The position numbers were made by a program, and so were the translations under genes. From the sequence record OM319461.1: a stretch of 64,000 bases of DNA; one strand, given 5' to 3'. The notes beneath the pieces were generated by a model. It was not told the origin of the DNA, ran no database searches, and worked only from the letters and a program-made list of their open reading frames with translations. Below are positions 36,805-48,600 of the stretch, piece after piece; the first letter of the stretch is position 1, and every line of letters starts with the position of its first letter.

Positions 36805-39285
36805 ATGATCACACGCCTATATCTTAAAGGTTTTATCCCGATGGGATTCTGTGGAGTAGTTGAATTAGAATATACTCCGAAAAGCCTATTGCAAATCATC
36901 GTAGGTACGAATGGTTCTGGTAAGTCATCTCTACTGCGTGCACTGTCACTTGTTCCACTTGACAAGAAAGAGTTTCAGAAAGGCGGTTGTCGTGAACTCG
37001 AAGTAGAAGAAAATGGTGTTGCCTTTAAAATGGTTAGTCACTATAAAGGTAGTGCTCCGCATCATGAATTTTGGATGGGAGATGTGAATCTTAACCAAGG
37101 TGGCACAAGTGCCGTACAAAAGCAACTCGTGGAATCACACTTTGGTTATACTGCATTCCATCATAAACTATTGACGGGTAAACTCCAATTTACTGAGATG
37201 TCACCAAACGGCCGCAAAGACCTCCTGATCATGATCTCAGGTTTAGAATTAGATTATGCGTTGGAAGTATTTGATAAGCTTAGAATCGCACATAGAGACA
37301 TTCAGGGTGCACTTAAACATCTACGTGGCAAGTATGCGGATGCAGCAAAGCAATTGGCGTCAATGCAGAATACCGATGAGTTAGAACAAGAGGCTGCGAA
37401 GCTTCAAGAAGAACTAACGACGATTATTCCTCGTACAAACTTTTCCGTTGATGTGAGTCTACATGAGAACGCTATCCAGTTAGTTCAGAATAAGATTCTT
37501 TCAGTATACCGTGGCTACACACAACTGGTTAAGAAGCTACAATCACTAGCACCGGAATACAGTAACCGCGATGGCGATGTGCCAGTTCCACTTGAGGGAG
37601 TAAAGGACCGCGTATCAAAAGACGAACATCGTTTGGAGGATATCGGTAAGAAAATCCAAACCAACGTAGAAGAATTTGGTCAGCTGGAAGAACAAGCAGC
37701 TAAGTTTGCTAACTTACCAGAAGACACAAATAAAGGAAACCTAGAAAAGGAAATCGAAAAGCTAGAAGCCGAGTACAAAGAGTACCCTCGCCAACCACAG
37801 CAAGAAGTACCAAACTTGGAAGGCTACATGCAGGAACTACTAGAATGTCATGCAGCTCTCCTTAATTATATGGAAGTATTTCCGGACGTTCCAGTCATTT
37901 TCAAGCGCGATGATATTGAGTCGACGACCGAAAAACATAATCATTTAACCGGCACCATCTCTAATTTAAAATCTGGCATAAGTGCAATCAAGCAAAAGAT
38001 AGCACATGCAGAAGCAGCACGCGAAGGCAACATCCAGTGCCCGGAGTGTAAGACTGAGATATTAGCTGATGGCGCACTTTCATTGGACCGCATCAATGCA
38101 TTAAAGCAAGAATTGCGCGAAGAAGAAATCAAACTTGAAAACGAGGAAAAGGCATTCGCTTTGGTAGATGCCGAGAGACAGAAGCAGTATTACTACATGG
38201 ATGCCCTAAAGCATCTACGTGGCATTGCTATGCGTTATCCACAAACCCGTACGATAATGGCTCCTGACTCACCTGCTCAAGTAATGACAGGTACACGAAA
38301 CTCAATTAGCAATCTGCATCAGGAACATCTTGCAGTCAAAGACGCAATCAGCCGACGTGACTTGGAGAAAACAATTTCTGAGAAGAAACTACTGCTATCG
38401 TTAATGAATGTTTCTGGAAAGGAAAAAATACTTTCTCGCTTTAAAGCTGTTGAAAGCGAACTTAATGAGCTCTACCGATTGAAGACAGAAATCGAAGAGT
38501 CCTATCGACGTAACCAAACCATCCGTGCAATTTTGCAAAAGATGGGCGAGGCCATGAATGCTCTTTCTAATTACGAAAAAGAATTCATGATTCATTGTCA
38601 CAATCTTGCAAAAGCGATGGGCGAAAAAGCAACCAACGACGTTGTTCGTGAAAAGCAATCGCACTTGGCTATGATGAACAAAACTATCCATGATTATCAA
38701 CTTGTTGAAAACCGCCTTAAAGAACTCGATGAAGAGGAAAAAGCTCTCTCTGCCAAGAAAGCTTCATTTGAAGTACTTCTACATTGCTTGAGTTCAAATA
38801 GAGGTTTGGTTGGTGAACAATTGCTCACTGTCATTTCGGCTGTGTCCAGAGCAATCAATGATATTATTGGAGACGTTTGGGAAAAAGAACTCAAACTTGT
38901 TGTTCCAGAATTTGGTAAGAAATTGGACTTTCAATTCTTTACTCAAATTGAAGGACTTAACGGACCAGACATAAAAGACCTGTCAGCTGGCCAGAAAGAA
39001 ATTGTAAACTTTGCAATGACTATGGTTGTGATGCGTCAATTAGGTCTGACGAACTTCCCTCTTCTTTTAGATGAGACATCGGCAAATATGGATCCGCTTC
39101 ACCGCGGCAACTTCATGAAGTACATTCGTGACCTAGTGGATAATGGAGAATTCCGTTCTATCTTCTTGGTGTCACACTATGCTTCTGAGTATGGTGGTTT
39201 TACGAATGCCGATTTGGTGGTAATGAATCCTGATAATATCGGGGTACCATCTGGCGCGTACAACGAAAACATCCAGCTACGATAA
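36805..39285 (+). CDS. sbcC: SbcC/Rad50-like SMC ATPase
   Basis: Walker A GTNGSGKS, zinc hook CPEC, signature LSAGQ, Walker B LLLDE. Start MITRL at 36805. Confidence 0.9.
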   Translation: MITRLYLKGFIPMGFCGVVELEYTPKSLLQIIVGTNGSGKSSLLRALSLVPLDKKEFQKGGCRELEVEENGVAFKMVSHYKGSAPHHEFWMGDVNLNQGGTSAVQKQLVESHFGYTAFHHKLLTGKLQFTEMSPNGRKDLLIMISGLELDYALEVFDKLRIAHRDIQGALKHLRGKYADAAKQLASMQNTDELEQEAAKLQEELTTIIPRTNFSVDVSLHENAIQLVQNKILSVYRGYTQLVKKLQSLAPEYSNRDGDVPVPLEGVKDRVSKDEHRLEDIGKKIQTNVEEFGQLEEQAAKFANLPEDTNKGNLEKEIEKLEAEYKEYPRQPQQEVPNLEGYMQELLECHAALLNYMEVFPDVPVIFKRDDIESTTEKHNHLTGTISNLKSGISAIKQKIAHAEAAREGNIQCPECKTEILADGALSLDRINALKQELREEEIKLENEEKAFALVDAERQKQYYYMDALKHLRGIAMRYPQTRTIMAPDSPAQVMTGTRNSISNLHQEHLAVKDAISRRDLEKTISEKKLLLSLMNVSGKEKILSRFKAVESELNELYRLKTEIEESYRRNQTIRAILQKMGEAMNALSNYEKEFMIHCHNLAKAMGEKATNDVVREKQSHLAMMNKTIHDYQLVENRLKELDEEEKALSAKKASFEVLLHCLSSNRGLVGEQLLTVISAVSRAINDIIGDVWEKELKLVVPEFGKKLDFQFFTQIEGLNGPDIKDLSAGQKEIVNFAMTMVVMRQLGLTNFPLLLDETSANMDPLHRGNFMKYIRDLVDNGEFRSIFLVSHYASEYGGFTNADLVVMNPDNIGVPSGAYNENIQLR

Positions 39286-39326
39286 AGCTAACCGGCCCCC
39301 GCAAGGGGGTCGGTAGCTTATTATTT
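39286..39326. terminator. Bidirectional terminator
   Basis: Long stem with GCAA loop (39286-39319) and TTATTTTT. Confidence 0.85.
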
Positions 39327-40538
39327 TTAGAAATAATAAATGTCTTTTACATAGAGATTGCGGAAACTTAAAGTACCGCCACTGCCAGACTTCGGTTTAG
39401 CCTTTGTTTCTGTCCAGTCCGATGTGTCATGCATCCATTCTTTGCGGATACTGTCGTGGACTGTTAACGTGGCATGGTGCTGGTTGTAGTTAAACACGCT
39501 TGGCTGTGCCATCTCACCGTTGTCAAAATAGCAGATGCCTTTAGGGATACGATAGTGAGTATAAGACGTACCCTTAGAACTAACAGGTATGTCTTCGTAA
39601 CGCACAAGCAGATCAGCATGATTAACAAAGCCAAAGAAGCTGTGGTTATTGGTAACCAACTTAACAATATCTAAGGTATCGATACGTGCACCACCTTCAG
39701 AGATATTGGCACTGCTCATGTACTCGAGGCGTTCTCCGATGTTCTTGTCGATTAGGGCATTTTCTACAAGACGCTTTTTATCATAGACAACAACAAACGT
39801 ATCGGCATTGGCCTGGAAGATACTTTCATCAAGGATAGACAAGTGACCGTCAGTAACAATAAACGGTGTCTTACCGATAACTTCTTCCGGTAGCTTGATG
39901 CTGATGCGAACACGGCGATTTAGTTTATCGGTTTCTGTTGTGATTTCCGTTACCATCTCCGGAGTAATGTCATACGTCTCGACCCCACCGAGCTGATGAA
40001 AGTCAATAATGCCAACAGAGTAATCAGGTTGGTCTCGAAGCCAATCACCGGCATGGTAGACGAAGTACTTGTTGAGTAACTTACTGATTCTAAATACACG
40101 TCGGTTAATTGCCATGAGGCAGTTCTTGTAAAGATAAGCTGGTGCATAAACTTGAGCGCCGACTCGACGAGAAGTAAGCTCTAAGTCCTCGCCCTGGATT
40201 CTTGCATTGTGTACACAAGCACCGGTACGAAAAAGTTCTCTTGCCCATACATGTTTTATTTCACGTAGGTTGGTTGGACGATCAGCACGACGAAGTCGAT
40301 CTTCGGTAAATTCAGATAGCCAGACAGCTAAGGCAAAACGTCCAGTAAAGTCATTGTTGTATTCTAGCAACGCTTCTTTCATTACTACGAATTCTTTATC
40401 TGGTTCCGTTTGTAGGCTAAGGATAAGTTTAAAATCAGGAAACTTCATTATCTCACTGATCTTGTACAAACTTAAATCCTTTCTGTCCCAAGAGCCGAAA
40501 AAGCTATCGAAGACATAGGAGCGATTCAAAATATACAT
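39327..40538 (-). CDS. Conserved virion structural protein
   Basis: 403-aa ORF with AAGGA SD, divergent from the tail-fibre operon. Confidence 0.55.
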   Translation of the reverse strand: MYILNRSYVFDSFFGSWDRKDLSLYKISEIMKFPDFKLILSLQTEPDKEFVVMKEALLEYNNDFTGRFALAVWLSEFTEDRLRRADRPTNLREIKHVWARELFRTGACVHNARIQGEDLELTSRRVGAQVYAPAYLYKNCLMAINRRVFRISKLLNKYFVYHAGDWLRDQPDYSVGIIDFHQLGGVETYDITPEMVTEITTETDKLNRRVRISIKLPEEVIGKTPFIVTDGHLSILDESIFQANADTFVVVYDKKRLVENALIDKNIGERLEYMSSANISEGGARIDTLDIVKLVTNNHSFFGFVNHADLLVRYEDIPVSSKGTSYTHYRIPKGICYFDNGEMAQPSVFNYNQHHATLTVHDSIRKEWMHDTSDWTETKAKPKSGSGGTLSFRNLYVKDIYYF

Positions 40539-40671
40539 GGTCTTTTCCTTTAGTTTAGACTATAAAATTAACCATACCGGGTGGACAAATTAAGTGAACC
40601 ACACAGAGAATCAGACGGGACGCCATCTGGTTCGTGGTTAGATTTTTTGCAAAAAATTTAGGAGCATCAAA

Positions 40672-41661
40672 ATGGCAATCTATCCATTTGATCAAACCGG
40701 ACGTGCTGCGAGTAACCGCATTATAAACGAAGACCAAGAAATCGTCTCCGTAAATGGCGTTAACCTCAATTACCTCGTTCCACACAACGCACCGTTCTTT
40801 GGTCACACATTGCGTATCTTGGACCTGGCCTCAAGTCAGTTTCTTGAAGAAGGGACGGACTATATCTTAACCCACAAGTTCCAAGAGGCCGAGGATAACT
40901 TGGCCATCGGAGTTTATGGTTCCGTAACTTTCCTTGAGCCGAACCGAACCGGTAAGTTCAGGTTTACCTACAATACCCTCGGTGGTGATTTTGTAACTTC
41001 GGTAACACAAGCAATCGACCATGGTTATGGTGTATTGAACGATCTAATCAATGTCGACTGGACGGCCTTGGCTGGTACAGGGATTACTTTCCCACCAACG
41101 CACCATACTCAGCCGCTAACTGATTTAGACGCAGTTGCTGACGTAATTACGATCATGCAGCAAATCCGTGATGCCTTGGCAGACCCGTTCAATAGCTTAA
41201 CACTTTCTGATGTTCAGGACTTAGATGTTAAGTTTATTGTTCCATTCATCAGTGGCATCGGTGACATCGCTGGCGCTATCCGTGGCTTGACTCTACAGAA
41301 GCGCTTGCCGCACGAGTATGATCATTTTCCTGGTAATGCAGTAGTTGACCTTGGTGCGATGAATCCTGGCGTATGGGTCGACACAGGGCTTTCTATTGGT
41401 ATTGTCGAGGCTGGTACCTATGTCGTTGATTGGTCAGCGCTGGAACAACCGGTCTTCCCAATTACAAGTCGTCATTGCTATCGATTCGTAGTTAATAATG
41501 GTGCAGTAAATGAAAGCTATGTCCGTGGGGCTATTGTTGCTCTTCCTGCAAATGCCACGATTAAACTACAGGCAATGGTAAAAGACGCTATTGTCACTTC
41601 ATTCAAGATTGCTGAAGTGGGCCANGGTGCACACATCAAAGCAGTACGCATCGATAACTAA
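40672..41661 (+). CDS. Baseplate/tail-fibre-associated protein (YPFD-TG N-terminal family)
   Basis: N-terminus YPFDQTGRAASNRIINE and VPHNAPFF, paralogous to 41673 and 52421. Confidence 0.65.
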   Translation: MAIYPFDQTGRAASNRIINEDQEIVSVNGVNLNYLVPHNAPFFGHTLRILDLASSQFLEEGTDYILTHKFQEAEDNLAIGVYGSVTFLEPNRTGKFRFTYNTLGGDFVTSVTQAIDHGYGVLNDLINVDWTALAGTGITFPPTHHTQPLTDLDAVADVITIMQQIRDALADPFNSLTLSDVQDLDVKFIVPFISGIGDIAGAIRGLTLQKRLPHEYDHFPGNAVVDLGAMNPGVWVDTGLSIGIVEAGTYVVDWSALEQPVFPITSRHCYRFVVNNGAVNESYVRGAIVALPANATIKLQAMVKDAIVTSFKIAEVGXGAHIKAVRIDN

Positions 41662-41672
41662 GGAGNTAGTCA

Positions 41673-42575
41673 ATGCCAGCTAATCAATATCCTTATGACC
41701 CTACCGGTCANGCGGCAACNAATGCTATCCAAAACGAAGTACATGCAGTGGACACCGCANTAGACATTTCTGTATTCCCACTACATGGTCCAGTATATGC
41801 GGAAAAGATGAAAGTCGAATCACTGCAAGCTGGTGNATGGGTAGAGTTAAAAGAACAAAAAGATTATGTTTATTCTCCTTTGTTCTTGAGTGTGTCTGCA
41901 TCAACACGAATGGATACGGTAACCTATATCGTACTTGTNGATAAAAACCACACGCAGATTCGATTGAACTACCANCTTGTCGGTCAGTACGAAGACGACT
42001 ATCTNTTACAGGAAATCACNAACAAGGGTGCATCNCTNGANCGNACAGACTTGCGTTCTTGGCTGGGTGTAATGGGNCAGACAAACTTCTGGGAAATCAT
42101 TCAGCGTCATCCTGACCTAGGNGAGAAAGGNTTACTTGAAGTCATGGTCGGNCAAATGGANCGCATGGTAAAAGCCATGGCNAACCCATATACGAGTAAT
42201 GACAACCTTGGNCCTAAAGTAACNGANNTNTTGTCGNTNGTAAACCANNTAAAAGAAGACATGGCAGACTTCATGTCGACGAAGTTTACAGAGNNNGATG
42301 TNCAGGCAAANACNCCGNCNGACATCTANGTTCATATGTATGGNNCAGCNGGNATGNTNCANGCTTGNTTNGATGCNGCNGATGGTTCAGCTCATACTAG
42401 TTCTCTGATTAACATNGTTGCCGGTTCTTCTGCACGACATGCGGAAATCAATACTGTGAAAGTAGGNACANTCACAGTAACGTTNAGTTCGAATGTTAGC
42501 AATGGTCGNCCAGTACTGCGTGCCCANGCAAGCAANGCCGGTACATTNAANACGAAACCGCTAAGTATCAAATAA
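41673..42575 (+). CDS. Baseplate/tail-fibre-associated paralogue (N-rich)
   Basis: YPYDPTG.AA.NAIQNE and LVGQYED motifs; many ambiguous bases. Confidence 0.6.
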   Translation: MPANQYPYDPTGXAAXNAIQNEVHAVDTAXDISVFPLHGPVYAEKMKVESLQAGXWVELKEQKDYVYSPLFLSVSASTRMDTVTYIVLXDKNHTQIRLNYXLVGQYEDDYXLQEIXNKGAXXXXTDLRSWLGVMXQTNFWEIIQRHPDLXEKXLLEVMVXQMXRMVKAMXNPYTSNDNLXPKVXXXLSXVNXXKEDMADFMSTKFTEXDXQAXXPXDIXVHMYXXXXMXXAXXDXXDGSAHTSSLINXVAGSSARHAEINTVKVXTXTVTXSSNVSNGXPVLRAXASXAGTXXTKPLSIK

Positions 42576-42584
42576 GGAAACACA

Positions 42585-45500
42585 ATGCGTAATCCTACTA
42601 ACATGCGGGCCCTTCAGATNGATCGCGATGGNCAGTTAGCTGNACCANGTGGTCCGCAATCAGAACGCAATCCTNNTCCGTTGCCTGGNGAAATACGTGG
42701 CGACGAAACAACAGGATATGGCGAGATNTNTATCAATGGNCGNTGGGTTCGTTTCGGNCAAGACAGNTTNCCNTTGGTTGAAACAAAGACCTCTGCTTAT
42801 ACNCAGACNGGCAGTGCTTATGTGCCNGTANATACNTCNGGCGGTGGTTTTAAAATCACACTGGATAACCTGGCAGTACCACGTGACCATATCATCTTTT
42901 TTGATCCAGANAAAAGNTGGTANCGNTTCCCATTTACGNTTTCGTCTACNCACAAAATAGACGGCAGNNANGATGACCTNAAAGTCAACAGCGAAGATGG
43001 TTTTATCGAGTTGTTTTATGTTAGTCCNGCAATCGGCTATGTGATTCTTAACGGNAGNCCAGTNACTGANGAAACNGGTTTTGTTGGTTCNGTAGAGATC
43101 ACNGGNAATGCAACNGCACANCCACGNACNGAGTATGTNTTAACGGCNNATNCCAACTGTACACTNACNCTNCCNAACTANGCTCCAGATGGTNCNATGG
43201 TTCGATTCATNGATGGTGTTGGTGCTGGANTNGCCAAGAAACTCAAGATTGCTTGTNCNGATGCNATTATTGATGGTAATCTAAACGAGTANGAAATCGG
43301 NAATGATTTCGGTAGTGTNACTNTNATGTGTCGTCANATCAAAGGNNTNCCTAAATGGATNATCGTCAGTGACAATNCNTANGAGTATGGNTANATGGAN
43401 GAAGAANGNGTAGCCNCNTTTCANATGTCTGCTCAAGAAGACCGAAGTACNCCAGCNAATACAACNGGNGGTCCATTTACTATCACGCTTCCTGNCGACC
43501 CACGNCCAGGNCAAAAGATCTATATCTCTGACTCNCGTGGTACNTGGCATCTAAANCCATTGACNGTTGATTTNGGTGTTAAGAGTTCNTACCCNTATGG
43601 TTCTCGTGTTACNTTGTCTGAACGNTTTGGTCANNTNGTGGCNATCTTCAACTCGAAGACNAATCGCTGGGATGCNTTATCGAGTAATACTTATACNGAT
43701 GTNCANAAGTGGGAAGATAAGACCGGTACGTTTACGGCGGCACCATATACTGGTTATCGTATTCAGACTTCTGGGTCATTTACGATCAACCTGCCGGACC
43801 CTGCTAACATAACCGACGGTGGCATCATCCGTCTGATCAACGTTTCAAATACTGCTCAGGCTTCAACGAACCTCTTTATTGTAAAAGGTCCTTCCGGTGA
43901 TGTATTGGAAGGTGACTTGTTGATGGGTGGTAGCGAGTCTTGGTGTTTCCGTATTAAGAAGACGGGTAATACTAAGAAATGGTATCTAGCAGAAACCAAC
44001 GGTAGTGCAGTTGCAGTTAAGACGAAGACAACTAGCTTTGAAGCTTATGGTGGTTTTTCTTACCGTGCTGACTTCGGTGGTAACGCTGTCATTACTCTTG
44101 ATTCCGATCACACAAAACAAGGTGAGCGAGTAATCATCTATGACTACGATGGTGGCTGGGCAGGTAGAAATATCCGTCTTGTTCCTCAGACTGGTACTCT
44201 TGATGGCTGGAGTGAACGTACTTTCAGCAAGGGCTATGTTCGCCTGGAGCTAGAACGTGTAACCGAAGGCTGGGTGACAGTATCAGAGACTTACCAAGAC
44301 TATCGTGATGTTTCCAGCACCGCCAATATACCGAAGCTTCAGAACTGGTTGCGCGGCATCCATCATTATGATCGCCGTACGAGTAGCTTCACAGCAATTA
44401 ACGGCTATCTGCATAATGTACGTAGTTCTTCTGTCAGCGGTATATCGGTTAAGTTACCAACGCCATCTAGAGCCGGTGACCAGATCGCAGTGGTTGATGA
44501 ATACGGTACATCGAGACGTTTCCCGATTACGGTAATCTCTCCGTTACTCGGTGGTGCTGGTCGTGGCTATATGCGTCTTGCGTCTAATGGCGGTATGATT
44601 CTTTTCGAGGCACGCTTTGATGAAGCAGGCATTCGTTGGTATCCGGTATTAACACCAGATGGCGACAACAAGTATACCTATCCGGTAGATATCGGTAGTC
44701 CTTGGCCAAATTCAAAAGTGCCAATCAACAAAGGAATGACTGTACTGCTGCCGACGAACGCAATTCAAGGTGATGAGATTACAATCTATGAGCACCAGTA
44801 TCGTATCTTTAAGAACCATGCAGTAAACGTTCGTGTTCAAGGTACTCACGAAATGATGAACCAAGCAGGCAAGACTTTCCGCATTCCGCCGGAGATGTCG
44901 TCTGTTACGTTTACGTTTAGTCAAGAGTACAACACATGGACCATTACAGACTCGTCGCTACGTATTGATACTGACACGAGCAAGCTAGACCTCGTAACAA
45001 ACCTGACGTGGATTGATACGACTACGGCACATACTGCCCAAGCAAACCATGGTTATTCATTTACCTTGCAAAGCATGGGTGCGGCACGAAGAATTACACT
45101 GCCTACGTCAGGCATTGAAATAAACTCTGTTGTCGCAGTAACGTGTCGAGAAGGCACAAACACGAATGGTCGATGGGTTGGCTTCAGTGGTGGTACTATC
45201 GATGGTATTCCTGCTGCTGATTACGAATACCTGCGCATGCCTGGCGAGTACGTAGAACTTGTCAACCGTGGCAATGGCGTATGGATTTCAAAGAACCGTA
45301 CGAAAACGTTCAGTAAGATCAACTACAGTTCAAGTAACAATATTAATATTGACTTCACTGAAGGCGAGAATACAGTTTCTCGTACGATCAACGGAACAAC
45401 AAACATTTCCGTAACGGTGATGCCTGGTACTACCCAGACGTTCTTCTTCTTGTTACGACAAGATGGTACGGGTAATCGTGCAATCAATATCCCATCGAGC

Positions 45501-45614
45501 TGGAAACGTTCGGCTGGGTCAGAAGAAATTAACTTGCTTCGTAATACTTACAACCTCATTCAGGGCGTCTGTATTGGCAGCCAAGTCTTCTACAACGTAA
45601 CGACTTACATTTAA
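42585..45614 (+). CDS. Long tail fibre proximal-type protein with T4 gp34-like repeats
   Basis: At least six repeats of the form (F/H)TA..GY..T....ITLP....G..I...D. C-terminal LLRQDGTGNRAINIPSSW domain. Confidence 0.7.
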   Translation: MRNPTNMRALQXDRDXQLAXPXGPQSERNPXPLPXEIRGDETTGYGEXXINXXWVRFXQDXXXLVETKTSAYXQXGSAYVXVXXXGGGFKITLDNLAVPRDHIIFFDPXKXWXXFPFTXSSXHKIDGXXDDXKVNSEDGFIELFYVSXAIGYVILNXXPXTXEXGFVGXVEIXXNAXAXPXXEYXLTXXXNCTXXXXNXAPDGXMVRFXDGVGAGXAKKLKIACXDXIIDGNLNEXEIXNDFGSXTXMCRXIKXXPKWXIVSDNXXEYXXMXEEXVAXFXMSAQEDRSXPXNTXXGPFTITLPXDPXPXQKIYISDXRGXWHLXPLXVDXGVKSXYXYGSRVXLSEXFGXXVXIFNSKXNRWDXLSSNTYXDXXKWEDKTGTFTAAPYTGYRIQTSGSFTINLPDPANITDGGIIRLINVSNTAQASTNLFIVKGPSGDVLEGDLLMGGSESWCFRIKKTGNTKKWYLAETNGSAVAVKTKTTSFEAYGGFSYRADFGGNAVITLDSDHTKQGERVIIYDYDGGWAGRNIRLVPQTGTLDGWSERTFSKGYVRLELERVTEGWVTVSETYQDYRDVSSTANIPKLQNWLRGIHHYDRRTSSFTAINGYLHNVRSSSVSGISVKLPTPSRAGDQIAVVDEYGTSRRFPITVISPLLGGAGRGYMRLASNGGMILFEARFDEAGIRWYPVLTPDGDNKYTYPVDIGSPWPNSKVPINKGMTVLLPTNAIQGDEITIYEHQYRIFKNHAVNVRVQGTHEMMNQAGKTFRIPPEMSSVTFTFSQEYNTWTITDSSLRIDTDTSKLDLVTNLTWIDTTTAHTAQANHGYSFTLQSMGAARRITLPTSGIEINSVVAVTCREGTNTNGRWVGFSGGTIDGIPAADYEYLRMPGEYVELVNRGNGVWISKNRTKTFSKINYSSSNNINIDFTEGENTVSRTINGTTNISVTVMPGTTQTFFFLLRQDGTGNRAINIPSSWKRSAGSEEINLLRNTYNLIQGVCIGSQVFYNVTTYI

Positions 45615-45622
45615 AACTACAC

Positions 45623-45640
45623 GCCCCTCCTCGGAGGGGC
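45623..45640 (+). terminator. Hairpin (terminator or processing stem) between fibre genes
   Basis: GCCCCTC-ctcg-GAGGGGC with no clear U-tract. Confidence 0.4.
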
Positions 45641-45659
45641 ATGACTAGGATGAATAAAA

Positions 45660-48600
45660 ATGTCATATCCTTTTGTAAACTTTGCAATCGGCAAAGCCCT
45701 CAATAAAGAATGGGAAGACTGCGGATACTCTAGCAAACCTTCTTATATTGCAGCCTATGGTAATGTAGGTAGTGGCATCTCACTTTCTTCAGATGATATC
45801 TCCGACCGTAGTACAGAGCATGTTTATGAGTTTGCTTATTCTGGCAACTTAACAACATGGGCTTTAAAAGTCCGCTTTGCGATTGACGGTGCACAAGACG
45901 GTACGATTACGTTTATCCGAATGCATCGAGAAGATTATCCAAACAGTGCTTTTACCGTTCGTGTAGAAGCAGGTCTTTTGATTGTTACTCACTTTACTGC
46001 AAGTAATAACCAAAAGCACATTCATTACCACAACCTCAATGACAGTGCATCAGGTCGCATCCTTACACTACATGTTTCATCGACAGAATCGAGCGGTACG
46101 TTTTATACCACCGTCGATGGAAGAGAACCTGACTCAATTACAACCGGTGCTTATGGTACGGCCAATCAGTTTGTCGGAGTAGCTCCGGGTAAATTAAAAA
46201 TCGGTAACCTAGACGGAAAATTCCCGAATGACCGTGGTAATGTAACAATCTTTGATTTCCAATTCATTCCAGAATACACAGGTTCTTTCGCGGGCAACTA
46301 TGATGTTGACACAGGTATTTATACATCACCTGACTTACTGTCAACAGGCCACCAAAGCGAAGTTATCTTTGATGGTACTTTGGTAGAAGCAGAGCCATCA
46401 GCAGAAACTCACAATATCCTAGATAGCAGTGCCTACACATTTACCATTGCTGGTACTGATGGTGTCGTGATGACTGTTCCGACAGCCAGTACTGGCTTGA
46501 CGCAAATGGGTAAGTATACGTACTACATGGATGGACGTAAGTACGATTGGCAGTTTGACCGCACCCGAACAAACGTGGTGAATGTAAACTATACAGTCTC
46601 TGGCGGCAAGTGGAAAATCACCGCAGCGCAAAAAGCACATGTGGCAGTGCATCTTCCGAATAGCCCACAGGGCGGTATTGAAGTAATGGACTTTACTGTC
46701 CCTGCCTCTACTGGATCTAATCCAACGATTACGCATAACCTGGGTACTCGAGTTACAGCGGGCATCTTTATTGATTCCAGTGGCATGAAACATTACTTTA
46801 GTCAGAAGACCGATGACTTGCGCCCTATCAGTGAGAAGTATTACGGTGGTAACTTCGCCAAGAAAGAATACAACCCGTTTATGCTGAAAGGCGAGTATAA
46901 TACCCCTAGCTCACTAACCTTTGTTAACTCGAACCACCTTAAGGACATCACGCCTTATCTGAATATTTCATCAATGCCAAACGTAGATGAGATTATCCCG
47001 TTTTCAAATTCGTCAGGTCAAAAGTTTGTTCTTATCAAACCACGCCTTGATGTATGGGATGAAAGCGCACTAAATGACAAGGGCCGTATAAACATCTACG
47101 AGATCACGTCAACGGGTATGCGATGGACTGGTCCAAATACAGCATTGGATGAGGACTTTACGGAAACCAGAACGTCAATCTCAATTGTTAACGATGGTAC
47201 ATCAAACGTGGCCATGGTTATCTATGCGAAGCAGAAAGGCTGGCACTCAGGTGCTATCGGTCAAACAAAGATCGGTATCTTTAATCTAGGTACCGGTAAC
47301 GCAGTGCGTCGAGCAACGCGTACGCTAGACTATGATGACTGGTTAAACATTCCTGGTGCAGGTGTTCGCCAAGTATTGGCAGCTCGTGCTATTCCTGTCG
47401 GCAATACCTATTATTCGGTTGTCCTGCATAGTAGTAATCCTCCTGGCGGTACAAGCAACACAGGAACCTCACCTGATCCAACACAACCTGACCAGCCAGA
47501 GCCGAACAAGAACCGACCAGTGGATCTTAAGATCAGTGTTTTCCGTGACATGAGCTACAGCGGTATCTTGATGACGAATACAAGTCGCATCGTGACAATT
47601 GACTTGAATGATGGCGCTAAAGCTACACTGGGTGAATCATCGCTTACAGAACTCGACGTAGTTCAGTTGGTAGGCAGTAGCTATCATTATGTGAACCTAT
47701 ACATTCCAGTAGAAGGCAACAATGATATCTGTGAACGATTCTTGTTTACTAACATCGGTCAGCTAGAAGAGCATGGTTCTGGCGGTGGTGTTTCGGTACC
47801 AGACATTCAGTCTCGTGCTGGTTCGGTAGCAGGTCTTAGAACCACAGGTGGTGTTAACTACCTAGTAGAGTCAAACCTGTCAGATACGAACCGTAGTAAC
47901 GCACAGGGTGCTTTAAGAGTTTACCGTGTACGTTTTACTGGCAAGAACTTAAACGGCGCTACACGCGTCTCTCGTGAGCTTGTGGCATCTATCGATACTG
48001 GTGGTCAACAAGCACACTGTGATATCTTTGAATTTGATGGTAAGATCTGGCTTGCATCTACACCGCATTCTGTTGGTGCAGATCAAAGCTTAGAGATCTT
48101 TACCTTTGACCCTGCCAAAGAAATCATTGAGCCAGTTCAAACAATGTCGACTTATGCTTTCTGGCAAGGTCACACAGTAAACGGCATCTGGGGCTTTAAG
48201 CGACCTAAGTTTATTTCGCACAATGGCAGATTGTATCTTGGTCTTTGTCAAGCTTCTGTAAACCAAACAGATGGTGATAAAGAACTGGGTTCTGTTCTTA
48301 TGGCGTACTCACCTAAACTTGGCATCTTCTGTCACAATGGTTTATTTACTCAGATGAAGCATGGTATTGCTACAGGTAAAGGTAAGCTTATCCTCTTCGG
48401 AGAAGGCGGCAACCTAGAGCGTGTACCAGACATTCCGTTTCGTTCTTCTCGTCAAAGATACTTTGGTGAAGTAGACGAACTAAGAATGATTCCACTGGGT
48501 TGGCGAGAAATGCCATTGGTATCAACTATCGCAACAATGCTTAATAATAGTGGCGGTATGATAATGGATGCTGCGGTTGCAAACAAAGAGTTTGTGGTAG

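Noticed and set aside
41625-43706. Diversity-generating retroelement target in the tail fibre
   Set aside because: Variable sites are mostly synonymous third positions, not the adenine-derived first/second codon positions a DGR produces. No reverse transcriptase or template repeat is seen in the window.
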